NCBI GenBank assembly: GCA_964248065.1
Contig: CAXTWQ010000002.1
Coordinates: 52,281-116,280 of the forward strand
Direction of reading: 5' to 3'
Origin: an uncultured Bryobacteraceae bacterium
GTDB lineage: Bacteria > Acidobacteriota > Terriglobia > Bryobacterales > Bryobacteraceae
Length of the DNA: 64,000 bases
Numbering within the stretch: the stretch's first letter is position 1; each line of letters opens with the position of its first letter. A model generated the notes under the pieces. The model did not search any database, was not told where the DNA came from, and saw only the letters and a program-made list of their open reading frames with translations. Both the position numbers and the translations under genes were made by a program. This document shows, one piece after another, positions 1-10,110 of this stretch.

Positions 1-828
1 CTTTCTCATAGCCGTATTGTCTGCATCGAGCTTCAATGCGTTAACAAATTCGTACGGATAGGGATAGCGCGTTCCCAGCTTCTCAAGAGCTAACTCTGCA
101 CTGCGCGAATCCTTTGCCCGCGAAGCCGCCAGCAGAGCAGCATGAGCATCCTCCACTCGATTGCTCGCCGTCCACACCCGCGCCAATACCATCAGTAACT
201 CGCTCAGGTTCGGCTTCAGCTTGCGGCAAATTTCGTACTGTTCGGAGGCCAGAGCCAATTCATCTCTGAATTCAGCCAGCTGCCCCAGTTCCCAATGAGC
301 GCTGTACATGGCCAGGCTATCTGCATTTGAAGCGGCTTTCAGAGCGGCCTTCCACCTGACAATGCCATCAGCCAAAGGCTTATCTATGTTCTGGAAAGCC
401 TGTTCTGCCGTCGTGCGTGTCTGCAAATGCGAACTCTTGCGAAGACGGTCAAAAGTCCGCCGCGCTTCAATCGGCTTTTGCGTCTCATAAGCGAGAAAAG
501 CGAATTCGAGCGCAGCTGTCTCATCAGCTGGGTTGAGCCGCATAGCGGTTTCAAATTCGTCGCGAGCCTCTGCATTCTCGCCAGTTTTTAGCAGCGTGTA
601 GGCAAAATCCTTGTGCGCCCCTGCATTCGAAGGCTGCGCTGCTAAGCCTCTTCGAAAGAGGGTGATTGCTGCATCATAATTCTTTGTGGCGGCCTCGGTG
701 TAAGCTGCTTGAAGATCTGCCGATTGGGGGCTTGCCGATCCAGGCGCCTGGGCGTAGCTGATCCGCGCGATGCAAGGCAGCACGGCCACGATCGCGGCAA
801 CGTAGAAAAGGCGCAATCTCGCTCGCAT
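1..828 (-). CDS. Secreted TPR-repeat protein; the C-terminus runs off the window start
   Basis: Open minus-strand frame from ATG (complement of 826-828) to position 1, absent from the ORF track because it has no in-window stop. My translation MRARLRLFYVAAIVAVLPCIARISYAQAP... shows a signal peptide followed by TPR-like helical repeats (AAITLFRRGLAAQPSNAGAHKDFAYTLLKTGENAEARDEFETAMRLNP). Confidence 0.7.
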   Translation of the reverse strand, partial: MRARLRLFYVAAIVAVLPCIARISYAQAPGSASPQSADLQAAYTEAATKNYDAAITLFRRGLAAQPSNAGAHKDFAYTLLKTGENAEARDEFETAMRLNPADETAALEFAFLAYETQKPIEARRTFDRLRKSSHLQTRTTAEQAFQNIDKPLADGIVRWKAALKAASNADSLAMYSAHWELGQLAEFRDELALASEQYEICRKLKPNLSELLMVLARVWTASNRVEDAHAALLAASRAKDSRSAELALEKLGTRYPYPYEFVNALKLDADNTAMRK

Positions 829-927
829 TCAGAACCCGCTGTTCATGTAGTTCTGTGTCCGGCGCCGGAATCTCAGCTATGTTCAGCAAGATTCGAGCCC
901 CTAAAAAGCCGCTAAACTGGGACTGCC

Positions 928-2097
928 ATGCCCCGTTTCCCTGGTGTCGATTACCTCCATTTCGATTCGCTGCTCAGCGAAGAAGAGTTACTGGTAAGGC
1001 AGACCGCTCGCCAGTTTGCTGATGACCAGGCAATCCCCCTTATGCGCGATGCCTTCAACAATGCTGTTTTCCCCAAGTGCCTGATCCGGCAGATGGGTGA
1101 GCTGGGCTTCTTCGGGGCGAACCTGGAAGGCTATGGCTGTGCCGGCCTAAACAATGTCGAGTACGGCCTCATCATGCAGGAATTGGAACGCGCTGACTCC
1201 GGGCTACGCAGCTTCGTGAGCGTGCAGGGCGCTTTGGTCATGTACCCGATTCATCGCTACGGCTCGGAAGAGCAAAAACAGCACTGGCTTCCGCGGCTGC
1301 AAACGGGCGAAGCGGTCGGCTGTTTTGGCCTTACCGAGCCCGGCTTTGGCTCGAATCCGTCTGCCATGCGGACCACCGCCGAGCGTGATGGTGGTGACTG
1401 GATTCTGAACGGCGAAAAAACCTGGATCACTAGCGGCTCTGTCGCCGATGTCTCAATCATCTGGGCGCGTACACCGGAAGGAATCGGCGGGTTCCTGGTA
1501 GAACGGGGGACACCTGGGTACCAAACCAGCGACATCCACGGCAAGCTTTCCATGCGTGCTTCGGTTACCTCCAGTCTGCATTTGTCCGGTTGCCGCGTTC
1601 CTGCTGCGAACCAATTGCCGCTTGCGAAAGGTTTGAAATCTGCACTTAGCTGTCTCTCTCAAGCACGCTTCGGGATCGGCTGGGGTGTGCTTGGCGCTGC
1701 CATGGACTGCTATGAAACGGCGCGCTCGTATTCACTTACCCGTAAGCAGTTCGATGAAAAGCCGCTCGCCGGTCACCAACTTGTGCAAGAGAAGCTGGCC
1801 TGGATGATCACAGAAATTACCAAGGGTCAACTCCTGGCCATGCACGTGGGACGCCTGAAAGATGCGGGCAAAGTAGAAGCCGCACACATTTCGATGTTAA
1901 AGAAGAATAACGTGGCCATGGCGCTTGATTGTGCTCGGCTCAGCCGTGATCTGTTAGGCGCAAACGGCATCATGGACGAGTACCCAATTATGCGTCACAT
2001 GTGCAACCTGGAAACGGTGAAGACCTACGAGGGGACCGATCACATTCATACGCTGGTTATAGGCGAACGCGTCACAGGCATTCCGGCCTATCGTTAG
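928..2097 (+). CDS. gcdH: Acyl-CoA dehydrogenase, glutaryl-CoA dehydrogenase type
   Basis: 389 aa. Family-typical blocks YGLIMQELERADSGLRSFVSVQGALVMYPIHRYGSEEQKQHWLPRL and GCFGLTEPGFGSNPSAMRT, plus a C-terminal TYEGTDHIHTLVIGE block. Confidence 0.8.
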   Translation: MPRFPGVDYLHFDSLLSEEELLVRQTARQFADDQAIPLMRDAFNNAVFPKCLIRQMGELGFFGANLEGYGCAGLNNVEYGLIMQELERADSGLRSFVSVQGALVMYPIHRYGSEEQKQHWLPRLQTGEAVGCFGLTEPGFGSNPSAMRTTAERDGGDWILNGEKTWITSGSVADVSIIWARTPEGIGGFLVERGTPGYQTSDIHGKLSMRASVTSSLHLSGCRVPAANQLPLAKGLKSALSCLSQARFGIGWGVLGAAMDCYETARSYSLTRKQFDEKPLAGHQLVQEKLAWMITEITKGQLLAMHVGRLKDAGKVEAAHISMLKKNNVAMALDCARLSRDLLGANGIMDEYPIMRHMCNLETVKTYEGTDHIHTLVIGERVTGIPAYR

Positions 2098-2104
2098 CTT
2101 TCGT

Positions 2105-2515
2105 TCAGGCCAGTTGTTGCTCCATCTCGCGATGTAGAACGGCGACGGCCGGGTCACGGCCCATAGTGGACGCATACCGTTTCCAGAAACCCTCGGCCTC
2201 CCCGCGGGGCGGAGAAAGTAGTGCGCGCGTATCATCTAGTAACTGCTCCAGTTCGCGGTCATCACGCGGCGGCTTCTTTGCCGCCAGTGCTTCATCAATC
2301 TGCACCAGCAGCGTTGTTATCGGCTGCAACCAGCTAAACCATGGATCGCCAATCAGCAGTTGCAGAAACGATGCTGGCGATGCAATCTCACCATGAACCA
2401 ACTCATAGGCCGTTCGCTCCGAGTCCAGCAGCGCTTTGTGCAGCGAGAGAAGTGTTTGCCTTACCCCCTTCAGCTTCTGCCGAATCGTACTGGTGGTAGT
2501 TGAAGGTAACTCCAT
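2105..2515 (-). CDS. Hypothetical protein, 136 aa
   Basis: Clean ORF convergent with the dehydrogenase gene. Sequence looks protein-like; no motif recognised. Confidence 0.5.
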   Translation of the reverse strand: MELPSTTTSTIRQKLKGVRQTLLSLHKALLDSERTAYELVHGEIASPASFLQLLIGDPWFSWLQPITTLLVQIDEALAAKKPPRDDRELEQLLDDTRALLSPPRGEAEGFWKRYASTMGRDPAVAVLHREMEQQLA

Positions 2516-2549
2516 TCACCTTCAGAGTAACGCGTGGGAACGAGGAAGA

Positions 2550-3815
2550 TCAGGGTCGGGGCGTTGCAACTTTCGCGTCTACGGGCGCCGTGTTGGATGC
2601 TGCTTCAATCTTCGATAACGTCTGCTTCAGGGCGTCCGCATTCTTTGCGTTTGGCACAAGCTGCAAGTAGTTCCGGAGATGAATCGCTGCCTGGGGGTAG
2701 TTCCCGTCGTTCAGCATCAATTGAGCCATTAAGTTTTCTGCGCCCGGATAGTTATGTCGAGTATCAAGCTTCAGTAAATCAGCTGTGCTCCTCTCTGCAT
2801 CTGCCGAGCGTTTCAAATTATAATTGGCCAGCGCGTTGTACCAGAACGACGCAGGAAATTCCACCGGATTGAGGCTGATTGCCTGCTTGCTGAACTGGGC
2901 TGCATCTTCCCATCGACCTTCCTGGGCGGCGAGGCGTCCCAACTCATCCAGCGGACTTACATAGTGACTGTCGGCTTTAACCGCCGCCTTATATGACGCT
3001 TGCGCATCATTGGCGTGACCTTGCCGTTGCTGCAGCTGTCCCAATGCGAACCATGCAATCGCGTACTTAGGATAAACATCGGTCGCGTTCGCCAGCCGCT
3101 GCTGCGCATCATCGAACTTACCTCGCTGGGCTAACTGCATGCCCTTCTCATACTCCTTCCGTGCCTCTTTGGGAGCCAGCTCCGTTGTCATGCTGATGGT
3201 GGAGCCCTGCACGTTTCCTAAATGATGCAGCACAATGGTTCCAACGTCCGGCGAATCTAAAGCCTGGCGCGTTGCCAGTTGTACAACGTCCGAACGATAG
3301 CCTGGGTAAGAGGCTCTCAATTCACAGTTGGAGAGCGCCATACTGCCACGCCCGCCCATTCCCGAGCTTCCAAAGTTCGGGCTCGCATTCGGGCTTGCAT
3401 TCGTACTTCTATTCATGCCGCCGCCGTAATTATCCGAGGCGTCCATTTCCGTTCCAAGGTTCTGCCCAAGTTGGATCGAGAACCTTCCCTTCGAGTCAGG
3501 ATGGCCTTCTACATGGGCGTTACCGTTGCACACGCGTTCAATCCGGATATCCCGCTCGGAGGGCATGCCGTTATCGAACATCACTCGGCCCGATAGAAAT
3601 ATCGGGCTTGCCGTTCCGGAAGTGTTTGGATTTGTTCTGCCGTTAGTTGTCGAAGTGGGATTGGTTGTGCTGCGCCCTCCGGTTGCCGATCCGATTCCAC
3701 CACCAGCTCCAGCCGCCGGAGGCCCGTTGCTTTTCTGTGCCCAGGAATGGCCATCCAGGTTGAGCAACAGGAAGGCAGCTAAAGATGCGCACCGGTTCGC
3801 CACAATTCGCGGCAT
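2550..3815 (-). CDS. Secreted protein with a G/N/S/T-rich low-complexity region, a carboxypeptidase-regulatory-like beta domain and C-terminal TPR repeats
   Basis: Start moved to the internal Met (MPRIVANRCASLAAFLLLNLDGHSWAQ, a signal peptide) at complement 3813-3815. Has the block GRVMFDNGMPSERDIRIERVCNGNAHVEGHPDSKGRFSI, then several TPR units (AQQRLANATDVYPKYAIAWFALGQLQQRQGHANDA...). Confidence 0.7.
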   Translation of the reverse strand: MPRIVANRCASLAAFLLLNLDGHSWAQKSNGPPAAGAGGGIGSATGGRSTTNPTSTTNGRTNPNTSGTASPIFLSGRVMFDNGMPSERDIRIERVCNGNAHVEGHPDSKGRFSIQLGQNLGTEMDASDNYGGGMNRSTNASPNASPNFGSSGMGGRGSMALSNCELRASYPGYRSDVVQLATRQALDSPDVGTIVLHHLGNVQGSTISMTTELAPKEARKEYEKGMQLAQRGKFDDAQQRLANATDVYPKYAIAWFALGQLQQRQGHANDAQASYKAAVKADSHYVSPLDELGRLAAQEGRWEDAAQFSKQAISLNPVEFPASFWYNALANYNLKRSADAERSTADLLKLDTRHNYPGAENLMAQLMLNDGNYPQAAIHLRNYLQLVPNAKNADALKQTLSKIEAASNTAPVDAKVATPRP

Positions 3816-4254
3816 ATAACACCTCAATGGCAAAAGTGTCTCACAAATGAGATGGACAGTTCCATGGCGACCGCGACCGCCATCGGCTATTTGATCATTG
3901 CTCCTCTTCCGCAGAAACAACGCGCATAATTCAAGCCCCCCGACGCTTACCTTCCGCCAGAACTATGCCGGTTCTGGCGTTTGTGAGATAGAGGAAGCGA
4001 TTATTTACAATCCTCAGCTGAGAATTCCGCAAATGCCCATCGGATGCCAATATGCCCCTTGCCTTTATCGGCTGAAGCACGCACCGGTGTTTAGAGCCAG
4101 AAAGCACCGGTGATCGCTGTCGGCTGGGCACTCTAGAATGACTTCCTGGTTTGTAAAGGTACAGATGGCGGCCGGTTATCCTGGCATTTTCTCAAGTTTG
4201 GTGAATCCTGCGTATCAACGCGACTGTTACGATTGAAGATCACCTCCCACCTGA

Positions 4255-5688
4255 ATGGCGTTTCGGCTCTATAACACTCTTACCCAGGAGTTAGAAGTTT
4301 TCCATCCATTGCAGGGCAATACAGTCCGCATGTATACGTGCGGGCCGACCGTATATAACTTCGTTCACATTGGCAACTTTCGAACGTTCACTTTTCAAGA
4401 TATCTTGCGAAGGTGGCTTCGTTATCGCGGTTATCAGCTTGACCATGTAATGAACGTTACTGATGTCGATGACAAAATCATCCTGAACGCGGCCAAGGAG
4501 AACAAGTCAATTGAAGACTATACGGCCAGCTTCACGCGATCTTTTTTTGAGGATGCGGCAGCGCTGCATTTGGAGCAGCCCGAACACGTAGCTCCAGCGA
4601 CTAAACACATTGGCGTTATGGTGGACGCCATCGAAAAGCTTGCGGCAAAAGGCTGTACCTACACCAGCGATGGCTCCACTTACTTCCGCATCTCGTCTTT
4701 TCCGGACTACGGCAAGCTGTCGCACAACGATTTCAGCGGTATCCGGGCCGGAGCGCGAGTGGACGTCGATGAATACGACAAGGCTGACGCCCGTGACTTT
4801 GTTCTTTGGAAAGGGAAGAAAGGCGACGAGCCCTCGTGGCCCACGCCATTTGGGGAAGGCCGTCCAGGCTGGCACATTGAGTGTTCTGCCATGGCGATGC
4901 AGTACCTGGGCGAAACGCTCGACATTCACGCAGGCGGCGTGGATCTTGTTTTCCCGCACCACGAAAACGAGATAGCGCAATCGGAATCGATCACTGGCCG
5001 TCAATTTGCCCGCTTCTGGCTTCACTCCGAACATCTGCACATCGAGTCGCAAAAGATGTCCAAATCGCTGGGCAATTTCTTTACTCTTCGCGACCTGTTG
5101 AACATGGGTTATCAGCCCGAGGCAATTCGGTATTTGCTGGCCTCTGTTCCCTATCGCAAGAAGCTGAACTTCACGTTTGAGGGTCTGAAAGCAGCGGCGC
5201 GCAGCATTGAGCGGCTCCGCGATTTTGAACTTCGTCTGGCTACAACTCGCCTTGCCCCGGGGTGCGACGGCGCCCTAAGTGAACGATCGCGCGAGGCTAT
5301 TCGCCAATTTGAAGAAGGCATGGACGACGACCTGAATACGGCCGAAGCTCTTGCCGCTATCTATGAATATGTGCGGACCATCAACACCGCCATTGATGCC
5401 AACAAGTTCTGCGAAGACAATCGCTGGGAAGCAGCAAAGGTGTTGGAAGTTTTCGATAGTGTTTTCGATGTTCTGAAACCGTACGAAGCCAAAGGGACTC
5501 CGGATGCTGCTGGAACTTTGAGCGCATTTGGGATGACCGACGCCGAGGTCGAAGCGAAAATCGCGGAGCGGACTACAGCCAAGAAGTCGCGGAACTTTAA
5601 GCGTGCCGATGAAATTCGCGGAGAGCTGCTGGATTCCGGTATCACTTTAGAAGACACCAAAGACGGCGTACGTTGGAAACGGAAATGA
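4255..5688 (+). CDS. cysS: Cysteine--tRNA ligase
   Basis: 477 aa. HIGN and KMSKS class I signatures, and CGPTVYN at the N-terminus. Confidence 0.95.
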   Translation: MAFRLYNTLTQELEVFHPLQGNTVRMYTCGPTVYNFVHIGNFRTFTFQDILRRWLRYRGYQLDHVMNVTDVDDKIILNAAKENKSIEDYTASFTRSFFEDAAALHLEQPEHVAPATKHIGVMVDAIEKLAAKGCTYTSDGSTYFRISSFPDYGKLSHNDFSGIRAGARVDVDEYDKADARDFVLWKGKKGDEPSWPTPFGEGRPGWHIECSAMAMQYLGETLDIHAGGVDLVFPHHENEIAQSESITGRQFARFWLHSEHLHIESQKMSKSLGNFFTLRDLLNMGYQPEAIRYLLASVPYRKKLNFTFEGLKAAARSIERLRDFELRLATTRLAPGCDGALSERSREAIRQFEEGMDDDLNTAEALAAIYEYVRTINTAIDANKFCEDNRWEAAKVLEVFDSVFDVLKPYEAKGTPDAAGTLSAFGMTDAEVEAKIAERTTAKKSRNFKRADEIRGELLDSGITLEDTKDGVRWKRK

Positions 5689-6890
5689 ACTTCGAATCGC
5701 AGGTGGTGCATGCCGGGGATCGCAAACGCCGCAAGGGCGCTTTCGTTCCTTCCACGACCCCCATTCACCTGGGCACGACTTACTTTTACGAGTCAGCGGC
5801 AACCCTCGACCGCGTACTAGGCCACGAGGAAGAGGGTTTCTGCTACGTCCGTTACAACAACCCTACTAATGAAGCGCTGGAAGAACTCACGACGACACTT
5901 GAGGGCGGTTATGGATCGCTCGCCACTTCGTCCGGCATGGCAGGCCTGCAGATTGCTTTCCAAGCTGCACTGACAGATCGGCCCCACACTATCCTGGCTT
6001 CGGACTCGATCTACGGCGCGACTGTCAGCTTGCTTGATCAAGTCATCGGTCCTTTCGGCGTCAAGGTGAAATATGTAAACGTGTGCGACCTGCCTGCGCT
6101 CGAAAAGGCCATTGCCGATGTGAAACCAGGTTGCGTGTTCGTTGAGAGCGTCTCAAACCCGCTGCTGCGCGTCGGCAGGATAGATAAGATAGCTGAACTG
6201 ACGCGTGCCGCCGGTGCCTCGCTCGTAGTTGATAACACGTTCGCCACGCCTCTCATGGTTCGACCGCTTCAGCTTGGCGCGCACATCGTCGTCCACAGTG
6301 CCACCAAGTATCTGGCTGGGCATGGGGATGTTCTGGGTGGAGTTGTTATCAGCGGAGATCAGGAGCACCATGAGGCCGTTCGGTCCATTGCTCGTATTAA
6401 TGGCCCGCTACTCGGGCCGTTTGAAAGCTACCTGACCATGCGAGGCATCAAGACGCTGGCAGTGCGCTTTGAACGCCAGTGCAGCAATGCTAAAGCTCTG
6501 GCAGAGTGGCTCGGGCAGCATCCCTGCGTCGAACGCGTGTACCATTGCGCGGATCCCAAGCACCCGGACTCCGAGGCGATTTCGCACTGCTTCACACCTG
6601 ACCTGTTCGGCGCGATTCTCAGCTTCGAAATCAGGAATGCTGACAAGGCGCGAGTGCTGTCCTTTATGGACCGACTGCAGATGATTGTTCCCGGCACCTC
6701 GCTCGGTGATGTGCACACCCTACTCTTGTACCCTCTGATTGCCTCTCACCGAACTATCTCGCCAAAAATGCGGGAGCGTATGGGCATCCGCGATAACCTG
6801 GTGCGCGTTGCTGCCGGGATTGAACATCTCCAAGATATAAAAGCAGATCTGGACCAGGCTCTGCGGTCGGCTGCGAATACACTGGGGTAG
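5685..6890 (+). CDS. PLP-dependent Cys/Met metabolism enzyme (cystathionine gamma-synthase / O-acylhomoserine sulfhydrylase family)
   Basis: Start taken at MNFESQVVHAG, which forms an ATGA overlap with the cysS stop. PLP lysine block HSATKYLAGHGD; family-wide similarity. Confidence 0.85.
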   Translation: MNFESQVVHAGDRKRRKGAFVPSTTPIHLGTTYFYESAATLDRVLGHEEEGFCYVRYNNPTNEALEELTTTLEGGYGSLATSSGMAGLQIAFQAALTDRPHTILASDSIYGATVSLLDQVIGPFGVKVKYVNVCDLPALEKAIADVKPGCVFVESVSNPLLRVGRIDKIAELTRAAGASLVVDNTFATPLMVRPLQLGAHIVVHSATKYLAGHGDVLGGVVISGDQEHHEAVRSIARINGPLLGPFESYLTMRGIKTLAVRFERQCSNAKALAEWLGQHPCVERVYHCADPKHPDSEAISHCFTPDLFGAILSFEIRNADKARVLSFMDRLQMIVPGTSLGDVHTLLLYPLIASHRTISPKMRERMGIRDNLVRVAAGIEHLQDIKADLDQALRSAANTLG

Positions 6891-6894
6891 TCTC

Positions 6895-8268
6895 GTGTTT
6901 GCTCATCACCGACGAAAGATCCAGCTTCTCTTTGCCTTAGCGGATGCCATCCTCACCGTTCTGGCATTCGAGGCTGCTTACGTCACACGCGTACGTCTCG
7001 CTATTGGGACGCTATTCTTTCTTCGGCCCGAACCGCACATTCTGATTCTGTGTTTCTGTGCCGTGCTTTGGATTGCCCTCGGCTCCTGGCAGCGCGTCTA
7101 TGAGCATCTCGATTCAACGGGGCCGAAATACCTGTTTTGGCATACGCTTCGGCAGGCATTTGTTGGCGTGCTGATGGTGATTATCTTTCAGTATCTGATG
7201 CGCCTCGACCCGCCGCTCAGCCGTAGTTTTCTCCTGCTGTTTTTCGGATTCAACCTACTGCTGCTGACCGCCTTTCGCTGGAACGCGCCGCATCTGATCG
7301 GCGCTTTTCAGCGCGGATTCGGCTCTCCGTATCATATTGTGATTGTGGGTGATGCTGCCAAAGCCGACGCACTCGCCGACCATCTTTGCAGCCATTCGCC
7401 TTTTCGCATTTTGATCTCCGCCAAAATTGCGGAGGAGGATTGCGGCCGCGTGCTCCCGAACCTGCTCTCAAAGCAGGTCGTTGATGAAGTGATCTTTGAC
7501 GTCGATAGCAGCAAGCTTCCGGGCTTGGAAGAAGTGTTCCTTCAATGTGATGAGGAGGGCGTGCGCACCCGTGTGGCAATCGATTTCTTCCCGCACGTGA
7601 ACAGCGAGATCACGCTCGATCGGGTGGGCGATGCGCCTCTGCTTACTTTTTCTGCTGCGCCGCTCGATGATGTTCGCTTAATGGCCAAACGTTTGTTTGA
7701 CATCGTTACATCCATAGCGGCGCTGATTGTTTTGTCGCCGCTGTTGGTTTTTGTAGCTCTGCTAATCCGTTTGAGCTCTCCAGGACCCGTTATCTTCCGC
7801 CAGTCTCGCTGCGGGCTGAATGGACGCCGGTTCACCATGTACAAGTTCCGCTCCATGGTGCAGGATGCAGAAGAGATGATGCCCAACCTTCGCCATCTCA
7901 GTGCTCGGGAGATTGCATTCAAGCTGATGAAAGACCCGCGCGTGACGCCGGTTGGCTTATGGATTCGACGGTTCTCCATTGATGAATTACCCCAGCTCTA
8001 CAACGTCATCCGTGGTGATATGTCGGTGGTTGGGCCGCGTCCTCCTTTGCCGGAAGAAGTCGATCGGTACGAACGTTGGCAGCGCCGTCGGCTACGTATG
8101 CGTCCTGGCCTTACCTGCTTGTGGGCCGTCTCAGGACGCGACCGCATCGACTTTAATACCTGGATGCGAATGGATATTTCTTACATTGAAAACTGGTCTC
8201 TTCAACTGGATTGGTCCATCATTCTGCGAACGATTCCGCACGTGCTGGCTGGACGCAGCGCTCATTAG
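6895..8268 (+). CDS. Exopolysaccharide polyprenyl glycosylphosphotransferase (bacterial sugar transferase)
   Basis: 457 aa, GTG start. N-terminal TM segments. C-terminal catalytic blocks KFRSM, DELPQLYNVIRGDMSVVGPRPP and RPGLTCLWAVSGR. Confidence 0.85.
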   Translation: MFAHHRRKIQLLFALADAILTVLAFEAAYVTRVRLAIGTLFFLRPEPHILILCFCAVLWIALGSWQRVYEHLDSTGPKYLFWHTLRQAFVGVLMVIIFQYLMRLDPPLSRSFLLLFFGFNLLLLTAFRWNAPHLIGAFQRGFGSPYHIVIVGDAAKADALADHLCSHSPFRILISAKIAEEDCGRVLPNLLSKQVVDEVIFDVDSSKLPGLEEVFLQCDEEGVRTRVAIDFFPHVNSEITLDRVGDAPLLTFSAAPLDDVRLMAKRLFDIVTSIAALIVLSPLLVFVALLIRLSSPGPVIFRQSRCGLNGRRFTMYKFRSMVQDAEEMMPNLRHLSAREIAFKLMKDPRVTPVGLWIRRFSIDELPQLYNVIRGDMSVVGPRPPLPEEVDRYERWQRRRLRMRPGLTCLWAVSGRDRIDFNTWMRMDISYIENWSLQLDWSIILRTIPHVLAGRSAH

Positions 8269-8270
8269 AC

Positions 8271-8885
8271 ATGCACCTGATTCCGACCAATGACGAAGTG
8301 ATTGCCATGCTGCGCCAGACCGGCGCGCTTCGGCAGGGTCACTTTGAGTATGCCGATGGCCTGCACAGCGATGAGTTCGTGCAAGTAGCGCTTGCCTTTC
8401 GCTACTTCGAGTGGGCCAAGATTTTGAGTGTTGGCCTGAGCCGCCGATTGCGCGCCGACCCCGAAATCCGTGCCATGATTAAAGAGCTTTCCATCGTCTG
8501 TCCAACCACAGGCGGACTGCCCATAGGCTACGGAGTGTGTGAAGCATTGCGGGCCCACCAGGTCTATTGGGCTGAAAAAAACACCGAAGAAAGTCCACTT
8601 GATTTTCGCCAGTTTGTCGAGCCGGAGCCGGGCGAGCGAGTGCTTCTGGTTGACGATATCTTGCGGTCAGGCCGTCGCTTTACTGAGTTAAAAAAGCTGG
8701 TGGAATCCAAGGGCGCTCAGGTGGTGGGTCTTGCCGTGGCTGTCTATCAACCGAACCCAACGATTGCGAGCTTCGGTAACCTGCCCATCTTTTACCTGGC
8801 TAAGTTGGATGCCATGTACTACAGCAGTTCTCAATCGTGCGCTCTTTGCCAGGACAAAGTTCCGGTTGAGAAAATCTGGAGTTGA
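8271..8885 (+). CDS. Phosphoribosyltransferase-family protein (orotate PRTase-like)
   Basis: Start taken at the ATG at 8271 (MHLIPTNDEVIAMLRQTGALRQGHFEY). PRPP-binding loop VLLVDDILRSGRRF. The longer ORF from 8211 would overlap the upstream gene. Confidence 0.7.
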   Translation: MHLIPTNDEVIAMLRQTGALRQGHFEYADGLHSDEFVQVALAFRYFEWAKILSVGLSRRLRADPEIRAMIKELSIVCPTTGGLPIGYGVCEALRAHQVYWAEKNTEESPLDFRQFVEPEPGERVLLVDDILRSGRRFTELKKLVESKGAQVVGLAVAVYQPNPTIASFGNLPIFYLAKLDAMYYSSSQSCALCQDKVPVEKIWS

Positions 8886-8929
8886 GCCGAGAGAAATTCT
8901 GCAATTAGGCCGCACACTCTCTATGAGCT

Positions 8930-9385
8930 ATGCGGACCTTCGCTCTTTGCCTGCTTCTGTGCTTTTGCGCATGCTTTGCCGGAGCCGCTCGAACTGGTAG
9001 CCGCTGCGAGTACATTGGCGGCACGCGGGCCGATATTCCCGAGAAGAACAACGGCGAGATCCGGGTTTCCGATCGAACATTTTTTGTCTTCGTTTCCAGG
9101 CACACGCAAGTTCGGGTTCCATATGGCCGGATCAACTTGCTCGAATACGGGCAAAAAGTAGATCGTCATTACCTGGCTGCTGCTATCTCACCACTGTTCT
9201 TGTTAGCAAAAAAGCGCGAGCACTTTCTAACCATCGGCTTTCAGGATGACGATGGCCAGCAGGAGGCAATGCTGTTCCGATTGAACCCCGACGATGTTCG
9301 ACTGACACTGGTTTCACTCGAAGCCCGGACCGGGCAGCAGGTTCAGTTCCAGGATGATGAAGCTCGCATTGCCGGAAAGGGCTGA
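8930..9385 (+). CDS. Hypothetical secreted protein, 151 aa
   Basis: Signal peptide MRTFALCLLLCFCACFAGAA. No recognised domain. Lies 6 nt upstream of the next ORF. Confidence 0.55.
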   Translation: MRTFALCLLLCFCACFAGAARTGSRCEYIGGTRADIPEKNNGEIRVSDRTFFVFVSRHTQVRVPYGRINLLEYGQKVDRHYLAAAISPLFLLAKKREHFLTIGFQDDDGQQEAMLFRLNPDDVRLTLVSLEARTGQQVQFQDDEARIAGKG

Positions 9386-9391
9386 TCTATC

Positions 9392-9961
9392 GTGCTTCGT
9401 TTTTGCCTGATCTTGCTGGTGGCCGTTGGTTGCGTATCGGGGCAAACGCAACAGGCTTCGGAAAGCCTGCTGACCATTCGCCGCGTTTACGTTGCGCAAC
9501 TTACCGGAGGCGCAGGGGCCGATGCACTCCGCGAACTGCTGATTTCCAGCCTGAACAACACACGACTATTCGTGATGACCGATAACGAAAGCCGCGCCGA
9601 TGCCGTGCTGAAAGGCGCTGCCGATGACGCTGCGTTCACCGATACTTTCGATTCCGACAAAAGTCTGAACGATCACACGAACGCAGGGCTGTATGGTGGC
9701 GCCAGTTCTTCAAAGTCCAAATCTACCGGCGGCTACGGAGGCATTAGCGTTGGCGAACGCGAGGCTCACCATATTAAAGAACGCAAGCACGAAGCCTACG
9801 CTGCAGTTCGGCTCTGCAGCAAAACCGGTGACGTATTGTGGTCGACAACGCAGGAGAGTTTGGGCGGTAAGTTCAAAGGCGCCAGCGCCGACGTTGCGGC
9901 CAAGATTGCACGCCAACTGGCCGCCGACTACGAAGCCGCGTCACGCCCCGGTTCACACTAG
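9392..9961 (+). CDS. Hypothetical secreted protein, possibly a lipoprotein, 189 aa
   Basis: GTG start. Signal peptide MLRFCLILLVAVGCVSGQ with a Cys near the cleavage region. Contains a G/S-rich linker. Confidence 0.55.
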   Translation: MLRFCLILLVAVGCVSGQTQQASESLLTIRRVYVAQLTGGAGADALRELLISSLNNTRLFVMTDNESRADAVLKGAADDAAFTDTFDSDKSLNDHTNAGLYGGASSSKSKSTGGYGGISVGEREAHHIKERKHEAYAAVRLCSKTGDVLWSTTQESLGGKFKGASADVAAKIARQLAADYEAASRPGSH

Positions 9962-10110
9962 GGCACTTGATTAAGGACTGCTCAACTACCTACGGGAAGA
10001 GTAAGCCGCACTACTAACGCCCGTAATCATGAGCCAAGTTGCGAACGCAGCAGGCTGTCCGACCAGACCTCAAAGTGTGAGGGCGCCTCCTTCAGCCAAT
10101 CAGCTATTCC

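Noticed and set aside
3816-3920. N-terminal extensions of the longest ORFs, here and at 8211-8270, 20241-20333, 22091-22195 and 51166-51252
   Set aside because: The internal Met starts give proper signal peptides or domain starts and remove overlaps with neighbouring genes. The extensions are Arg/Cys/Pro-rich and look non-coding.
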